In this document: positions 39,297-49,222 of the stretch, piece by piece
How positions within the stretch are numbered: the first letter of the stretch is position 1
How the letters are laid out: every line of letters begins with the position of its first letter
Virus record (IMG/VR): IMGVR_UViG_3300027734_000038
Source of the DNA: a virus
DNA: 64,000 bases
Strand: one strand, 5' to 3'
Notes under the pieces: generated by a model
Database searches by the model: none
Told to the model about the DNA's origin: nothing
Seen by the model: the letters and a program-made list of their open reading frames with translations, nothing else
Translations under genes and position numbers: made by a program

Positions 39297-40106
39297 ATGG
39301 CAACTAATTCAAACTTCATAATTAAAAATGGCCTGACAGTAGGCGCTAATACTGTTATTGCCGCTAACGGTATGTGGGTTGGTGCCAACACAAATTTAGT
39401 AGGTGCCACAGGTATTGCTGGTCCAACAGGACCTACAGGTCCACAAGGTTCAACAGGTCCTGCCGGTCCAACTGGTGCAACAGGTACTATTACCGCATGG
39501 ACTAGAGTTACTGCCAATACAAATCTTACAGCCAATGCACAATACATTGCTGATACATCTGGTGGTCCTTTTACTGTAACACTACCAGCAACTCCATCTT
39601 TAGGAACTATTGAAGTTATTTCTGATGGCGCTGCATGGGGTAATAACAATCTGACAGTTGCTCGTAATGGTTCTACTATTGAAGGACAGGCACAAGATTT
39701 AATATTAAATATTTCAACTAGTTTAGTGTATTTAATTTATGATGGCACTACTTGGAATCTTACTTCGACTGCTGGTCCACAAGGTGCCACCGGTCCTTTA
39801 GGTCCTACTGGACCAACAGGTGCGACTGGTGCAGGTTCTACTGGTGCCACCGGTTCTACTGGACCTGGAGGTCCTGCCGGTCCATCCGGTCCAACAGGTC
39901 CAACTGGTGCAACAGGTGCTTTTTCTGGCACGACAGCAGCACAGATTATAACAACAAACACAACTGCAGCTACTTCTAATATAACCGGTTCTATTATTGG
40001 TGCTGGTGGTTTAGGTGTTTCAGGTAATGTTTATGCAGATGCAGTTTATTCTGGTGGTCAAGAAGTTATTGGAACAAGTCTAGCCTTTTCAATTGCTTTG
40101 GGGTGA
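39297..40106 (+). CDS. Collagen-like hub protein: NFxxKNGL N-terminus, one gp10-like domain, C-terminal AFSIALG
   Basis: Paralogous to 30394 and 35419 but with a different C-terminus. Confidence 0.8.
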   Translation: MATNSNFIIKNGLTVGANTVIAANGMWVGANTNLVGATGIAGPTGPTGPQGSTGPAGPTGATGTITAWTRVTANTNLTANAQYIADTSGGPFTVTLPATPSLGTIEVISDGAAWGNNNLTVARNGSTIEGQAQDLILNISTSLVYLIYDGTTWNLTSTAGPQGATGPLGPTGPTGATGAGSTGATGSTGPGGPAGPSGPTGPTGATGAFSGTTAAQIITTNTTAATSNITGSIIGAGGLGVSGNVYADAVYSGGQEVIGTSLAFSIALG

Positions 40107-40109
40107 TAA

Positions 40110-40802
40110 ATGAATAGTGGAATATATTGCATAACAAATACTATAACCGGTAAAAAATATATTGGTCAAAGTAAAAATATTAAAAGAAGATTTAATAGCC
40201 ATAAAAGAGCATCTGTAACCAAGAAAAAAGGTGAATGTTTTTATTTACAAAATGCAATTGGTAAACATGGTATAGATAATTTTACTTTTGAAATATTGTT
40301 ATATGCAACAGATAGAGATTATTTAAACATTATGGAACGAAAATGTATAATTGAATTCGATACATTATCTCCTAATGGTTATAATTTGGATACTGGTGGT
40401 TATTTTAATAAAACCATTAGTGAATCAACAAGACAAAAAATGAATGGTAGAACTCCTTGGAATAAAGGTGTTCCTATGTCAGAAGAACAAAAACAAAAAT
40501 TATCTAAAATGAAAAAAGGAAAACCTGCGGCCAACAAAGGAGTTCCTGCTTCAGAAGAACAGAAAAGAAAACAATCAATTGCAATGAAAGGAAAACCTGC
40601 GGTTAATAAAGGTATTCCTATGTCTGAGGAACAAAAAAAGAAGCTTCGTAAAGCGGATAAATCTTACACTCAGACACCAGAGTATAGAAAAAAGATGAGT
40701 GAATCTCTTAAAAAAAGAGTCATTTCACCAGAGCATAGGGCAAAAATTAACGCCGGACAAAGGTTAAGAGCCGAACTAAATAGAAGTAGAAAAGGATTAT
40801 AA
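40110..40802 (+). mobile_element. Free-standing GIY-YIG homing endonuclease with NUMOD3-like repeats
   Basis: SGIYCITNTITGKKYIGQS...RR...H; E...I; NGYNL; three NKG.P.SEEQK.K repeats of ~24 aa. Confidence 0.9.
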
Positions 40803-41131
40803 TGGCCAATACATTTACAAGTTATCTCAATAAGAATATTCCAACTACGGGTGCAACTGTTGTAACCGCTTCTGGTGGAACACAGACTACAGTTATTGGC
40901 CTATCTTGTGCAAACATTTCTACTGCAAATACTATTACTGCTGATGTTTATATTACTCGTTCAGCAGTAGATTATTATTTGGTTAAAGGTGCTACAGTAC
41001 CTATTGGTGGTTCTCTTGTGGTAGTTGGCGGAGACCAAAAGGTTGTTCTTGTTGCTGGCGATGCACTCAAAGTGGTGTCATCTGCAAACACTTCAATGGA
41101 TGTTGTTACATCTGCACTAGTCATCTCATAA
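40802..41131 (+). CDS. Small beta-rich connector (MANTF family)
   Basis: TTVIGLSCAN...VP.GGSL......KVVL..GD.LKV.S. Confidence 0.65.
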   Translation: MANTFTSYLNKNIPTTGATVVTASGGTQTTVIGLSCANISTANTITADVYITRSAVDYYLVKGATVPIGGSLVVVGGDQKVVLVAGDALKVVSSANTSMDVVTSALVIS

Positions 41132-41140
41132 GGATAATTA

Positions 41141-42445
41141 ATGTCTTTTATTGGGAATAGTTTTACTAATCAAACATTTGTTCCACAAGTAGATTACTTT
41201 AATGGTAATGCCTCTAATACTGCATTTACTTTAAGTAGAAATGTTGCCTCAGCTGCTGATGTTCAAGTGGTTATCGAAAACGTACCACAGAATCCATCAT
41301 CAGCATTTACAGTATCAGGTAATGTAATCACATTTACTTCTGCACCACCTAGTGGCACAAACAACATCTATGTTCGTTACACAAGTCCAACAACCAATTT
41401 GGTTAAGCCGGCTCCTGGTACAGTAAGTAATACAGAAATTAGTTCTGCATTTTCTTTGTGGAATTTAAGTGGTGCTGATATTAATTATACAGCAGGTAAT
41501 GTGGGGATTGGTACTGCTAGTCCGACAGGAAAGTTAAATGTTGTTCAAAACGGAACTCCTATTATTTCTCAATTTAATAGGACTGATGCTGGAACAGGAC
41601 TTGTTATAGCTGCAGATTCTTCTGGACCATATTTTAGACCCACAACAAGTAGTGCAATTCGCTGGAATAATTCAGGTAATACAGTAGAATATATGCGAAT
41701 TGATTCTAATGGTAATATTGGTATTGGTGCTACTAGTCCTTGGTCACAAGTTTCAATGTTAACGCCAGCTGGAGGAACAGACGGATATTTTGGTGTTAAA
41801 GACACTACTTATGGTGGTGATGTTCGTTTTGGCAAAGCAAGTGGTATTAACAATAATGCAATTGCAGGAGTTTGGTCAAATAACGAATTTCTGTTTTACA
41901 CCAACGGCACAGAACGGATGCGTATTAGTTCTGGTGGTAATTTTCTTGTTGGCGGCACAACACCAATAGGAACAGATGGAAACTTATTAGCAAGCGCTGA
42001 TTACACATCAACTTATAGAAGCACAGGAACTTCTGGTGCTTATATTCATGCTTTTGCATCTGATATAGGTGGAACAAGAACAGTTAAATATGCCGTTTAT
42101 GCTAACGGAACTGTAGGCGCAGTATCAGACCAAAACTTTAAAAAGAATATTGAACCAGCTAGAAATTACCTTGCTGATTTAATGAATATTGAAGTTGTTA
42201 AATACAACTGGAAATCAGATGAAGAAAATGCACCTAAAGAATTAGGTTACATTGCTCAACAAGTAGAAACTGTTTTTGCTGGAATGGTTGATGAGCAAAC
42301 ATATAAAGATGGTAATGGCGAAGAAGTAACACAAAAAATGTTGAAGAAAGAAGTGTTTGTGCCCATGCTTCTCAAAGCAATACAAGAACAACAAGCAATT
42401 ATAGAAGATTTAAAATCTCGTATTGAAGTATTGGAGGCCAAATAA
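41141..42445 (+). CDS. Fibre: MSxIGN N-terminus, FNG..TAFT domain, TERMRI repeats, S74 chaperone
   Basis: VSDQNFKKNI...LGYIAQQVE...PMLLKAIQEQ. Confidence 0.8.
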   Translation: MSFIGNSFTNQTFVPQVDYFNGNASNTAFTLSRNVASAADVQVVIENVPQNPSSAFTVSGNVITFTSAPPSGTNNIYVRYTSPTTNLVKPAPGTVSNTEISSAFSLWNLSGADINYTAGNVGIGTASPTGKLNVVQNGTPIISQFNRTDAGTGLVIAADSSGPYFRPTTSSAIRWNNSGNTVEYMRIDSNGNIGIGATSPWSQVSMLTPAGGTDGYFGVKDTTYGGDVRFGKASGINNNAIAGVWSNNEFLFYTNGTERMRISSGGNFLVGGTTPIGTDGNLLASADYTSTYRSTGTSGAYIHAFASDIGGTRTVKYAVYANGTVGAVSDQNFKKNIEPARNYLADLMNIEVVKYNWKSDEENAPKELGYIAQQVETVFAGMVDEQTYKDGNGEEVTQKMLKKEVFVPMLLKAIQEQQAIIEDLKSRIEVLEAK

Positions 42446-43539
42446 TGGCAATCTCAAAAATAACTGCCAACTCTTTAGATAATGGTGGAGGTTCAGTTGC
42501 CACCAATACTGCGGTTGGCCAAGGAACTTTAAACTCAAATAGTTCTGGGGGTTTTAATACAGCAATGGGTTATCAAGCTGCATATAATACCACAGGTTCA
42601 AACAATACTGCAATTGGTTATCAATCACTCGTTTCAAATACCACCGCAGGAGGTAGCACTGCTGTAGGATACAGAGCACTATATTCTGCAAATAGAACTG
42701 ATGATGTAAATGGATATAACACGGCGGTTGGATACACCGCTGGGTATTCTCAAGCTACGGGACAGTTCAATGTATTTATTGGTAGAGATTGCGGGTATTC
42801 TGCAACTGGCTCTGAAAACACTTTTGTTGGGCATACATCAGGTTACTACACAACTGGAAGCTCCAACACTTTTATTGGAAAACAAGCAGGTTATCTAGTA
42901 ACAACAGGTTATAACCAAGTATTTCTTGGGAGTTTTAGTGGAAACCAAAATACATTAGATATGCGGACAGCAAGCAATACTATTGTATTGTCTGATGGTG
43001 GTGGGGTTCCAAGAGCGTGGTATCAATCCGCCAACTTTATTATTTCTCCAGTTTCTCCAACAGGTATTCAATATACTGCTGACAATGCACAATTTTATCC
43101 TTATCCAGATAACACAGCTAAATTAGGTTATCCATCATATCGATGGACTGTTGTGTATGCTGTATCAGGAACAATTAATACTTCTGATGCCAATCAAAAA
43201 CAGCAAATTCGTAGTCTTGACGAAAAAGAAAAAGCAGTGGCTACACGCATTAAAGGTTTAATTAAAGCGTTTAAATGGAATGATTCAGTTGCTGAAAAAG
43301 GCGATGGTGCTCGTATCCACGTTGGTGTAATTGCACAAGATGTTCAATCTGCGTTTATTGCAGAAGGTTTAGACCCCAGCCATTATGGTATGTTCTGTTC
43401 TGATACTTGGTATGAAGTTGATGGTAAAGCTGGAAAAGCATCCGATCCACACACAGCCGACACAGAAGGTGCGGTTGAAGTTACGCAACTTGGTGTTCGT
43501 TATGACCAACTTTTAGCTTTTGTGATATCGGCTCTATAA
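42445..43539 (+). CDS. Fibre with NTAxG (YadA-head-like) repeats and S74-like chaperone
   Basis: NTAVG/NTAIG/NTFIG repeats; TSDANQKQQI...H.GVIAQDV...GVRYDQLLAF. Confidence 0.8.
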   Translation: MAISKITANSLDNGGGSVATNTAVGQGTLNSNSSGGFNTAMGYQAAYNTTGSNNTAIGYQSLVSNTTAGGSTAVGYRALYSANRTDDVNGYNTAVGYTAGYSQATGQFNVFIGRDCGYSATGSENTFVGHTSGYYTTGSSNTFIGKQAGYLVTTGYNQVFLGSFSGNQNTLDMRTASNTIVLSDGGGVPRAWYQSANFIISPVSPTGIQYTADNAQFYPYPDNTAKLGYPSYRWTVVYAVSGTINTSDANQKQQIRSLDEKEKAVATRIKGLIKAFKWNDSVAEKGDGARIHVGVIAQDVQSAFIAEGLDPSHYGMFCSDTWYEVDGKAGKASDPHTADTEGAVEVTQLGVRYDQLLAFVISAL

Positions 43540-43548
43540 GGATAATTA

Positions 43549-44550
43549 ATGTCATACATTGGAAATAGTCCTACACAATCAGCATTTGTCACCGATTTAT
43601 TTAACGGTACCGGTAGCACGACTGCATTTACCATGTCGGTCTCACCAGCTAATCCTGCCTCCATACTTGTTTCTGTATCTGGTGTTCTACAATCTCCTGA
43701 TACATATTCTATTTCAGGACAAACACTCAACTTCTCAGCGGCACCACCAAGTGCCACAGGAAATATTTCTGTAAGATATTTGGGAATACCTGCATCAGGT
43801 GTTACCACTACCGCATACAGAACACTTACCGAATTTACTGCAACGGCTGGTCAAACCACATTTACTCCACCAAGTTACACAGTAGGTTTTATATCAGTAT
43901 ACAGAAACGGTGTCATGTTGGGTTCAGCAGACTTTACTGCGACAAACGGAACTTCTGTGGTGTTGGCAAGCGGTGCAACTGCTGGTGATTTAGTTGTTAC
44001 AGAATCATTCTATGTTAGCTCAGTATTAAATGCAATACCAAATACAGCAAATGCAGTTAATAACTTATTGATTTCTGATGGTGCTATTAGTCAAACTAAA
44101 GTTGCAACTGGTGTGGCAGGAACAGGACCAGCATTTAGTGCTTATAATTCTGTTAATCAAACAAGTATTTCTAATGCTACATGGACTAAAGTAACATTAG
44201 ATACAGAAGAATTTGATACAAATAGTAATTTTGCTTCTAGTCGTTTTACTCCAACTGTTGCTGGTTATTATCAAATTAATGGTGAATTAGACACATATGG
44301 AACAAGTTTAAATTATTCATTAATTGCTATATACAAAAATGGTTCAATTTATAAACGTGGAAGTGGTTTAGGTAATTACACAACCTATGAATTTTATACA
44401 AGCATTTCGTCTATCGTTTATTTAAATGGTACAACCGATTATGTGGAACTATACGGATATTTAAATTCATCTTCTGCTGGAAGTAATATTTTTTATTCGG
44501 GTAATACACAAACTGGTTATTTCAATGGCGCACTAGTGAGGGCCGCATAA
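43549..44550 (+). CDS. Fibre: MSYIGN N-terminus, FNG..TAFT and TATAGQTTF domains, family C (C1q-like) tip
   Basis: GPAFSAY...EEFDTNSNF.SSRFTPTVAGYYQ...YLNGTTDYVELY. Confidence 0.75.
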   Translation: MSYIGNSPTQSAFVTDLFNGTGSTTAFTMSVSPANPASILVSVSGVLQSPDTYSISGQTLNFSAAPPSATGNISVRYLGIPASGVTTTAYRTLTEFTATAGQTTFTPPSYTVGFISVYRNGVMLGSADFTATNGTSVVLASGATAGDLVVTESFYVSSVLNAIPNTANAVNNLLISDGAISQTKVATGVAGTGPAFSAYNSVNQTSISNATWTKVTLDTEEFDTNSNFASSRFTPTVAGYYQINGELDTYGTSLNYSLIAIYKNGSIYKRGSGLGNYTTYEFYTSISSIVYLNGTTDYVELYGYLNSSSAGSNIFYSGNTQTGYFNGALVRAA

Positions 44551-45500
44551 TGACACAAGCCGCAATACTAGCTTCTTCAGCATCCTCTGGTGTTTCTACT
44601 GGATACAAAAATAGAGTTATCAATGGTGGCATGGTTATTAACCAAAGAGGCACAACATCAGGTGTAACTTCAGGTTACTTTGTTGACCGTTGGCAATTAA
44701 GTGGTTGTAGCACATCAAGTGTTTTAACTTCTAGTCTACCTACAGGATTTAGTAAAGGTATTAGTATTACTGCCACTTCAGGTAATCCAATTGCTATTCA
44801 TAAAATTGAAGCGGCAAATTGTTCTGATTTAAGTGGTCAAAGTGTTACGCTTAGTTTCTATGCACAGAATATTTCAAATGCCACCACATTATACGCATCA
44901 TTGGCATATGCAACTGCATCAGATAATTTTGGTGGCACAACAACCATTTCAGAACAAAATTTAGGAACACTAACGGGTTCATGGGTTAGATATACATACA
45001 CATGGAATAATTTACCAAGTGGTGTGCTTAACGGACTGTCAATCAATATTCTTTGTGGTGGTTCTGGAACATTCACCATGGGCATTACTGGTGTCCAGCT
45101 GGAAGTTGGAACCACGACAACAAATTTTGAATACCGTGATTACGGAAATGAATTGAGAATGTGCCAAAGGTATGCACAAAGATTTGGCGGTGATGTTGCT
45201 TATTCGGCAATAGGATTTGGCTTTGGTGATTCAGCTAATGGATGGGTAGATGCACAAGTCACACCACCAACAGTGATGAGAACTGTTCCTTCAGTAACAT
45301 CAAGTGGAAGTTTTAGAGTAGTACCACCTGATAATACAAGTGGTTTAGCTGTTACTGGAATTTCAATAAATGGTAGCACAGCAAATTCAAAACTATTTTA
45401 TATAATTTGCACGGCATCAAGCATTACTGGTTTTAGAGGTTATGTTTTAAGGGCGGACAATTCAACTTCTGCTTATATTCTTTTTTCTGCGGAGTTATAA
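44550..45500 (+). CDS. Fibre-tip protein, family D (NRxING...QLE.G...CQRY...SAEL)
   Basis: Paralogue of 49222 and 52399. Possible carbohydrate-binding jelly-roll. Confidence 0.7.
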   Translation: MTQAAILASSASSGVSTGYKNRVINGGMVINQRGTTSGVTSGYFVDRWQLSGCSTSSVLTSSLPTGFSKGISITATSGNPIAIHKIEAANCSDLSGQSVTLSFYAQNISNATTLYASLAYATASDNFGGTTTISEQNLGTLTGSWVRYTYTWNNLPSGVLNGLSINILCGGSGTFTMGITGVQLEVGTTTTNFEYRDYGNELRMCQRYAQRFGGDVAYSAIGFGFGDSANGWVDAQVTPPTVMRTVPSVTSSGSFRVVPPDNTSGLAVTGISINGSTANSKLFYIICTASSITGFRGYVLRADNSTSAYILFSAEL

Positions 45501-45662
45501 ATGTATAAATTAGGACAAACAAGCCCATTAACTAATGAACCAATTTGCATATATAAAACTGATAGCAATTTATCTATTCCATTATGTGCCGACAACACAG
45601 ACTACCAAGCCTACCTTGCATGGGTAGCAGAAGGCAATACTCCTTTACCAGCGGACGAATAA
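45501..45662 (+). CDS. Small partner protein, DNTDYQ..L.WVAEGN family (53 aa, not in the ORF track)
   Basis: MYKLGQTSPLTNEPICIYKTDSNLSIPLCADNTDYQAYLAWVAEGNTPLPADE. GGAG RBS. Confidence 0.8.
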   Translation: MYKLGQTSPLTNEPICIYKTDSNLSIPLCADNTDYQAYLAWVAEGNTPLPADE

Positions 45663-45666
45663 ATAA

Positions 45667-45873
45667 ATGGCACTCACAAAAATACCAGCAACAATGGTGG
45701 GTAATTCCACCGCAAATACTGCTATGTCAGTTGGTGTTCCAATTATTGAGAACACACAGACTGTTTCATATCCGTATACAATCAGCGCCAACAATTCAGC
45801 AATCTCTGTTGGTCCAATAACACTTTCAGCCAATGTAACAATTGGTTCTGGAAGTAGATGGGTAATCGTATGA
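45667..45873 (+). CDS. Minimal hub: MALTKI N-terminus plus GPIT...W domain
   Basis: Ends SAISVGPITLSANVTIGSGSRWVIV. Confidence 0.75.
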   Translation: MALTKIPATMVGNSTANTAMSVGVPIIENTQTVSYPYTISANNSAISVGPITLSANVTIGSGSRWVIV

Positions 45874-46409
45874 CAGCATTAGTAATTCTTGGAGATACAA
45901 GTGGTTCAGTAACCTTGGCGGCACCAGCGGCTGCAGGTTCAACTACTCTAACTTTGCCTACACAAACCGGCACGGTTGGTCTAAGTGGTCCTGCATTTTT
46001 GGCTTATGGTACTGCTTTGACTAGTTGTGCTAGTGGTGCTTCCGTTAAGGTTAATTTAGCAGCAAAAGATTTTGATACAACAAGTTCATTTAATACCTCA
46101 ACATCTCGCTGGACTCCACTTGTTGCTGGGTATTATCTATTAACTGCTTCTATGTATTTTCCAAGTGCGGCATCTGGTAAAAACGGAGAATTATTTTTTC
46201 TAAAAAATGCAGCAACAAGCATAACCAACGGATTAATGAGCACTTATAACGGACAAGGTATGATTTTATGTGCATCAACAATTTGTTATCTTAATGGTTC
46301 TACTGATTATGTTGAATGTTATGTATATCAAGATTCTGGTAGCACTTTAAATATGGGTTCCAATTCTTATGGTTATAACTTTAACGGTTGTTTTTTAAGA
46401 GGTGCATAA
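45870..46409 (+). CDS. Fibre-tip protein, family C
   Basis: Start MTALV (ATGA overlap); GPAF.AY...FDT...WTPLVAGYY...NGSTDYVE. Confidence 0.7.
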   Translation: MTALVILGDTSGSVTLAAPAAAGSTTLTLPTQTGTVGLSGPAFLAYGTALTSCASGASVKVNLAAKDFDTTSSFNTSTSRWTPLVAGYYLLTASMYFPSAASGKNGELFFLKNAATSITNGLMSTYNGQGMILCASTICYLNGSTDYVECYVYQDSGSTLNMGSNSYGYNFNGCFLRGA

Positions 46410-46573
46410 TGAGTTTATATGATAAAATTGTTGCACTTTATCCAGAATTAGTTGCTACTGATTTTTCTCCGTCTATGGGTTCAATCAGGTTGCAAGATGA
46501 AGGTAATGGTGTTTATATTGCCAAATGGGAACACCCAACATTACCTAAACCTACGGATGAACAGTTAGCATGA
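46409..46573 (+). CDS. XkdW-like small partner protein
   Basis: MSLYDKI..LYPEL...DF...I.LQD.G.G.YIAKW.HPTL..PT.EQL. Confidence 0.65.
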   Translation: MSLYDKIVALYPELVATDFSPSMGSIRLQDEGNGVYIAKWEHPTLPKPTDEQLA

Positions 46574-47091
46574 CCACAACAATTAACGCAAGTACCTCTG
46601 CCGGTTTAATAATTACTCCTGATACTTCAGGTAATATTCAGTTACAATATAATGGTGTGGCTGCACCAGCATTTAGTGCTTATGTTACAGGAAATCAAAG
46701 TATTTCTTCAGGTACTTTTACAAAAATGCAATGTGGTACAGAAGAATGGGATACAGCTAGTTGTTATGATAACGCAACAAATTATAGGTTTACTCCTACT
46801 GTTGCCGGATACTATCAATTTAATGGTATGTGGGGTGCGGCTTCAGGATCACCAACAAGAGTTATTATAGCCTTGTATAAAAATGGTAGTGTTGCTAGAT
46901 ATGGATTAGATTTAGGTATAAGTTCTGCAGGATTCAATAATGGAGCAGGAGATGTGGTTAGTTCCATGTTATATCTAAATGGCACAACCGATTATGTTGA
47001 ACTTTATGCATATGCCGCAGGTGGTGCAACAATCCAAGGCGGAAATAGTGCATCTGGTTATTTTCAAGGTTACTTAGCAAGAGCTGTTTAA
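46570..47091 (+). CDS. Fibre-tip protein, family C
   Basis: PAFSAY...EEWDT...RFTPTVAGYYQ...LNGTTDYVELY. Confidence 0.7.
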   Translation: MTTTINASTSAGLIITPDTSGNIQLQYNGVAAPAFSAYVTGNQSISSGTFTKMQCGTEEWDTASCYDNATNYRFTPTVAGYYQFNGMWGAASGSPTRVIIALYKNGSVARYGLDLGISSAGFNNGAGDVVSSMLYLNGTTDYVELYAYAAGGATIQGGNSASGYFQGYLARAV

Positions 47092-47109
47092 TATTTAAAA
47101 GGAAACAAA

Positions 47110-47292
47110 ATGAAAACTTTATACGAAAAAATTCTATCAATCTATCCAGAACTAACTGATGCTGATTTTATGCCAGGTCGTGGCACAATTATGCTTCAGA
47201 ATGATTCTGACGGCCGTGGTGATTACATCAGAGAATGGAATCATGCAACATTGGCAGAACCAACAGAAGAACAATTAGCGAGCGCTGAATAA
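47110..47292 (+). CDS. XkdW-like small partner protein
   Basis: LYEKI..YPEL...DF...LQNDSDGRGDYI..W. Paralogue of 46409. Confidence 0.65.
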   Translation: MKTLYEKILSIYPELTDADFMPGRGTIMLQNDSDGRGDYIREWNHATLAEPTEEQLASAE

Positions 47293-47738
47293 TGTCTATT
47301 GTATTGAACGGTACTAATAATCAAATTACTGGAGTACCGGGATTGGTATTGCAAGTGGTTAGTTCTACTTTTACTTCTTCGTTTTCTTCTTCATCGGGAA
47401 GTTTTGTTTCTATAGGATTAACCGCATCTATTACACCAACAAGTTCTTCAAGTAAAATTTTGATATTAATAGATTCGTTTGTTCGTAGTGATGCTGCAAA
47501 TTTTGTTGATGCAACAATTTATAAAAATTCCACTAATTTAGGTGGAGCATATGGTTTAAAAAATGCTTATGTAAACGCAGCATTTGTTATGCCAATTCCG
47601 TTTACTTATTATGATTCACCAGCAACAACTTCTTCAACTTCTTATACATTGTATATGCGGACTGAAAATGCCGCCACTTTTTACTTAGAAGCTGCTGGTA
47701 GAGTTTCAACAATCACACTTATGGAAATAGCAGCTTAA
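47292..47738 (+). CDS. Fibre-tip protein, family B
   Basis: VLQVV...ITPTSSSSKIL...DSPATTS..SY...STITLMEIAA. Confidence 0.7.
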   Translation: MSIVLNGTNNQITGVPGLVLQVVSSTFTSSFSSSSGSFVSIGLTASITPTSSSSKILILIDSFVRSDAANFVDATIYKNSTNLGGAYGLKNAYVNAAFVMPIPFTYYDSPATTSSTSYTLYMRTENAATFYLEAAGRVSTITLMEIAA

Positions 47739-47758
47739 TTTAACAAAAAGGAAACAAA

Positions 47759-48055
47759 ATGAGAATCTCTAAAATTGATGCAATCTTATCTCTATCACCT
47801 GGTGCTGAAGTAGTAGTGCGTGGTGAAGAAGTAGAATGGATTAATCCTTCTACTGCACCTGTAACTGAAGCACAAATTGCTGCTGAGTTGGTAAGACTCC
47901 AAGCAGCCTACGAAGCAAAACAATATCAGCGTGACCGTGCTGGTGAATATCCAGCAATTGGTGACCAATTGGATGCTTTGTTCCATGCAGGAGTATTCCC
48001 TGAAGCCATGGCAGAAATCATTCAGGCCGTCAAAGATAAATACCCTAAATCATAA
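47759..48055 (+). CDS. Putative fibre assembly partner (YQR.R..YP.I.DQLD family)
   Basis: YQRDRAGEYPAIGDQLDAL.H...AVKDKYPK. Confidence 0.6.
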   Translation: MRISKIDAILSLSPGAEVVVRGEEVEWINPSTAPVTEAQIAAELVRLQAAYEAKQYQRDRAGEYPAIGDQLDALFHAGVFPEAMAEIIQAVKDKYPKS

Positions 48056-48068
48056 TTTAGGATAATCA

Positions 48069-48692
48069 ATGCAATATCAAAGTTTCGTTGCTGGGTCAGG
48101 AATATCAGGTGCTACCGGTCCAACCGGTGCTACTGGTGTCATTGCACCGTGGACAAGAATCTCCGCAAATACAAGTGCTTCGGCTAATACACAGTATCTA
48201 GCCAACACAGCAACTGGTGCCTTCACTCTAACATTACCAGGTACACCATCAGTTGGTGTTATGGTAGTGATTGCTGATGATTATAACTTTGGTGCAAACA
48301 ATCTTTTTGTTGCAAGAAATGGTTCTACTATTCAAGGCATTGCTGATGACTTAGGTATTAACATCAGCAACTCATTGACAACATTGATTTATGATGGTAC
48401 TACTTGGAGAGTTTCTACAAATGCTGGACCACAAGGTGCAACTGGTGCCACAGGTCCTACAGGAACTTCTGGTACCAACGGTGCCACAGGTGCTACCGGT
48501 TTAGGTGCTACTGGTGCTACTGGTGCCAGTTTGTTTGCTGATTCCAATAATGTTATTTTTTTAAATAATACGTTGATTACTTCTAACACAACATTGCAAC
48601 CAGGTCGTGGTGCATTTTCTGTTGGACCAATCTCTGTTAATACAGGTGTTCAACTTATTGTTTCATCTAACACAAGGTATGTGGTACTATGA
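48069..48692 (+). CDS. Hub: ISGATG N-terminus, gp10-like domain, C-terminal GPIS...Y domain
   Basis: [10 protein letters not shown]; YLANT..AFTLTLP..P..G...NNL..RNGSTI.G; SVGPISVNTGVQLIVSSNTRYVVL. Confidence 0.75.
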   Translation: MQYQSFVAGSGISGATGPTGATGVIAPWTRISANTSASANTQYLANTATGAFTLTLPGTPSVGVMVVIADDYNFGANNLFVARNGSTIQGIADDLGINISNSLTTLIYDGTTWRVSTNAGPQGATGATGPTGTSGTNGATGATGLGATGATGASLFADSNNVIFLNNTLITSNTTLQPGRGAFSVGPISVNTGVQLIVSSNTRYVVL

Positions 48693-49222
48693 GTAATATT
48701 ATTCTAGGCTCAGGACCTTCAGGTTCAGGTTCATTAACCTTACAAGCACCGAATACAAATAGTAATCAGACAGTTAATTTTCCTGATGCTTCTGGCATAC
48801 CCATGGTTAGTGGTAATATGCCAGCGTTTTATGCTTATCAAAATTCAGCACAATCAATTCCAAATGTAACTTGGACTAAAGTATTGTTTCAAGTAGAAGA
48901 ATTTGATACTAATAGTAATTTTGCTTCAAGCCGTTTTACTCCTACTGTTGCTGGTTATTACCAACTTACTTCTCAATTGCAATATACAACTATTGCTGGT
49001 GGAAGAAATATGTTTGTAATATATAAAAATGGTGCTGAGTATAGACACCTACAGGATATGCAAACAAGTTACACTATTGGATTAATGGGAACTTCATTAG
49101 TTTATGCAAATGGTTCATCAGACTATTTTGAAATTTATATTTATACGTCAACTGGTGCATACACATTAGATAATAATTCAGCAATAACATATTTTAGCGG
49201 TTGTTTAGTGAGGGCTGCATAA
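48689..49222 (+). CDS. Fibre-tip protein, family C
   Basis: MVSGNMPAF.AY...EEFDTNSNFASSRFTPTVAGYYQ...LVRAA. Confidence 0.7.
   Translation: MSNIILGSGPSGSGSLTLQAPNTNSNQTVNFPDASGIPMVSGNMPAFYAYQNSAQSIPNVTWTKVLFQVEEFDTNSNFASSRFTPTVAGYYQLTSQLQYTTIAGGRNMFVIYKNGAEYRHLQDMQTSYTIGLMGTSLVYANGSSDYFEIYIYTSTGAYTLDNNSAITYFSGCLVRAA

Noticed and set aside
40107-40802. Group I intron around the GIY-YIG ORF
   Set aside because: Both flanking genes are intact and abut the ORF, leaving no room for an intron core.
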